A DNA stretch of 64,000 nucleotides, from the NCBI RefSeq assembly GCF_037042905.1, contig NC_087251.1:18292001-18356000 (forward strand). The letters are read 5' to 3'. The stretch is from Lytechinus pictus (Eukaryota). Every line of letters starts with the position of its first letter. Position 1 is the first letter of the stretch. Made by a program: the position numbers and the translations under genes. This document shows positions 61,036 to 64,000 of this stretch, piece after piece. The notes under the pieces are model-generated. The model did no database searches. It was not told the origin of the DNA and was given only the letters and a program-made list of their open reading frames with translations.

Positions 61036-64000
61036 CTACAATATAAACAAGAAAATAGTTAAAATATAAAAATTTACATTCACGTAATAATTTGTCTAAA
61101 ACATGCAGTCTTAACATAAATTTCCCTGATTTCTCATCGGAAACAAATTATCATTGGGGACACTATATCCGAACTTAAGTTAGAAATGTTAACCTGGCAA
61201 TTAATAGAATACAATAATGCATTTTTTTCTTATTAACTCCAGGTAATTTTCCAGAACACCATCATACATGGTGTAAAAATAGTTTGTATCTAATCTAATT
61301 TTGTTTCTTTTTGTGTGTGTTATGACTTAAATATTGTTTATTATATCATTACTACAATAATTCGCATCTGTCGTAAACAAATTATGTGTGAAATAAGCAG
61401 GTTACCAATATGAATTTGGCCCATACACACCAGTCCTGTTATGTTCTTGTTAATTCTTTTTTGTAATATTTTCTGAGGCAAACACATATTTTCGTGCGTA
61501 AAATTGTAAATTGATACAATGTGTTTTATATTAATTCACCCATCCTATGTACCCATTCTCTTCATAATAACCAAAATGTGTCATAATCGGGGTTTTTTAA
61601 TGTGAAAATAGATTTTTATGACAAACAGCCAACCTTTTTCTGCTCCTCCATCTCTCAAGGGCATGTTGTTCAAACACTAACAAAAATAAATTGGATAAGG
61701 TTTACATCCTCTTTTGAAATCCTCATTAATTCTTGATTTGAACTTACTGATAGCATGAAATTTGACACGTGCACCTACATCACTTAATCATTTACAATAG
61801 ACATGACATTGCGAAATCAGAACAAACAGACACGCTCTATAAATCACGTCACTAGACATGTAAACAAAATTATTTGATATAAAAATTGTTATGATCGTGA
61901 TAACCAAGTATATAAATATCATTTAGTCTGATTGTTATTGAAAGTTGTTTGTACTATAATCGAATTTGTCATGAAGCTTCCAGCGACATTTGACATTGTA
62001 AAATTAAAAGAAAAAAAAATCTCATACCGAAATTGAAATAGATTGCAAAATGTTTGCCCCTTTTAATCCCTGTCACATATCTAACACCAGCTTAACCGTG
62101 GACGATTCGCAGACAATATAGATCTCTTTACAGATATCGAATCTTTACGACTCGACGCTATGTTCCTGGAACGCCGTGTGCGGCGCTCTTCACATCTTAA
62201 GCTTTTTCGGAACATTTCTTATACTTTCGTTACCAGAATCTTTGTCGTCACTAAATAACGCTCGTTTTTTATGTTGGCATTTTTCATTTTTTTTGGGGAA
62301 ATACATGGATACAACACTAATGGTTTAACTTACATATCACTGACTTGAAATTAAAAAAGTTGAAACTGATTACAAAGAAAATACGGTTTTTTATTATATG
62401 TCACGTGATTGATGACGTTTTTTTTTACCCCTGTACCATAATACGTTCGGGGGAGCCACTTCCTTTCAAAGATGTACAACATGATTGTCTAAGAAAACTC
62501 GTAAAGCCGGTTTAAGTTTCATCGTCGGGCGATATATGTGCGTACAAAAGAATGGGTATCAATAGCAACTAATTTATTATTCTTCAGTTTATTTTCAATG
62601 AATACTCAGGCGTTGTTGTTTTTAGTAGTTTTTCTCATAGTGTAAACAACGTTCCCCGGGTACAGAGGTTTTGTTGCTCTCGGGTACTTTCCGATTTGAG
62701 AATTATCTTGTTCGTTTTGATCATCGTACACGTCTTTTATTCGGAAATATTCGGAAAAGAAAACGCAGCGATATTTAGTGCATCACATATACGGTATGTG
62801 CACACGTACACTGCATATCGCTTCGCATATGTGGGTCATCATTGACATTGTTCGCCGTATTATTCAGGGTGATGGGTAAGTGAAAAGTATGGTCGTGTGA
62901 CCTTACTTCGCGCGTGACCATATTTCGTGGACGGTCGTATATCTCAGAAAGTACTTAATATCGTTATAATCTGATACCACTACCAGAAAAAGCCGTTAAA
63001 AAACTATCCTGTAGTGAGAGTTTCTAGTTGATAAGATTGGAATTTGTTTAAGCTAGGGCTAGGCGATTGGGCAGGCGCGCGCACCTGCCTCGCCCGATCC
63101 TCGCCCATATGCGCCCACCACTAACTTAGCACTTAGCAGGCAGGGTAGGACTTCGGACACATCCACACATAAACATCTCCAACTAAAGTGAGTACACTAA
63201 CTACCCCAATTTTCACTTCCAATCTAAAAAAACACAAGGTGAGAGGATGTATTCCCTGTATGGGCAATGCATCCCCTCACCACCCAATTTTTTTTTATCA
63301 ACAACTGTCCTTTTCCAGCCAAACGTTCTCTGCTCTTTAATTAATGATTAACATGGACAGTGAAACTAGCTGATCTTATCCTCAGCATCCTAACATAGCT
63401 TCAAACCACTACCTCTCTCTAAAAAACGCCCATTATCAACCACAATACAATCCATGAAATAAGCACAATTTGAACACAAAACAAAACCAAAAAGCCTGTG
63501 TATCCATTGACATCTTTTATGATTGATAAGATATCCACGCATAAAGGATTTGGACATGTTCAAAACCATCACCCCACCCCATGTGCGCCACAAATTCTAC
63601 ACCCTACACATACTATAATAGCCCCCTTTCAGCTCACCAAACGCAACATATGTTATTCATATCTGGTTCCAAAATACACTGGATAGAAGACTAGGCCAAC
63701 TTCCAGCCAACTGGGCAGCAGCAATGACATGATTTTGATGCGACGTCGCGTCGTAACTACGTGCCGTGTGCAAATCGTAAATATATCTATTCCCCGCTCC
63801 GACTGTCGTATTCATGTGCGTATATATACGGAGCTCCTAAGGCATTTTAGGTGACATGACTTGTTTTTCTCAGGAATTATCAACTCCTTCCTTCGATTTA
63901 TAAGACATTCCCCATGACTTATTATTCGTTTCCCTTGACTTACAACTCGTTTCCTCGACTTTTCTCTATAAGTCGAGGAACGATTAGATTTTAAAAAAAA

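Noticed and set aside
62090..63900. CpG-richer stretch as upstream ENT exons or promoter
   Set aside because: I found no ENT TM1-3 coding exon with plausible splice sites; it looks like unclassified repeat-derived intron sequence.

Overview
AT-rich, intron-containing eukaryotic DNA; the repeat landscape suggests a marine invertebrate, probably a sea urchin (inference). Four protein-coding loci were rebuilt by hand from GT-AG boundaries with consistent phases. (1) SIVA1 on +, 4 coding exons, 1857-7365. (2) An 18-exon, ~880-aa gene on +, 23428-38502, encoding a circularly permuted Ras domain (motif order G3-G4-G5-G1-G2) fused to a Sec23/24-like Zn finger and a VWA domain (cpRAS family). (3) A Golgi carbohydrate 6-O-sulfotransferase (CHST1-7 type) on +, 42405-43842, split by one frameshift. 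(4) The 3' eight exons of an equilibrative nucleoside transporter (SLC29) on -, 49540-61035. Intergenic and intronic DNA is dense in non-autonomous DNA transposons (AcademH-like, Kolobok-like, hAT-like, foldback), tRNA-derived SINEs, a LINE 3' end, perfect palindromes and a 291-bp tRNA-like tandem/inverted repeat. Most ORFs in the supplied track are spurious.
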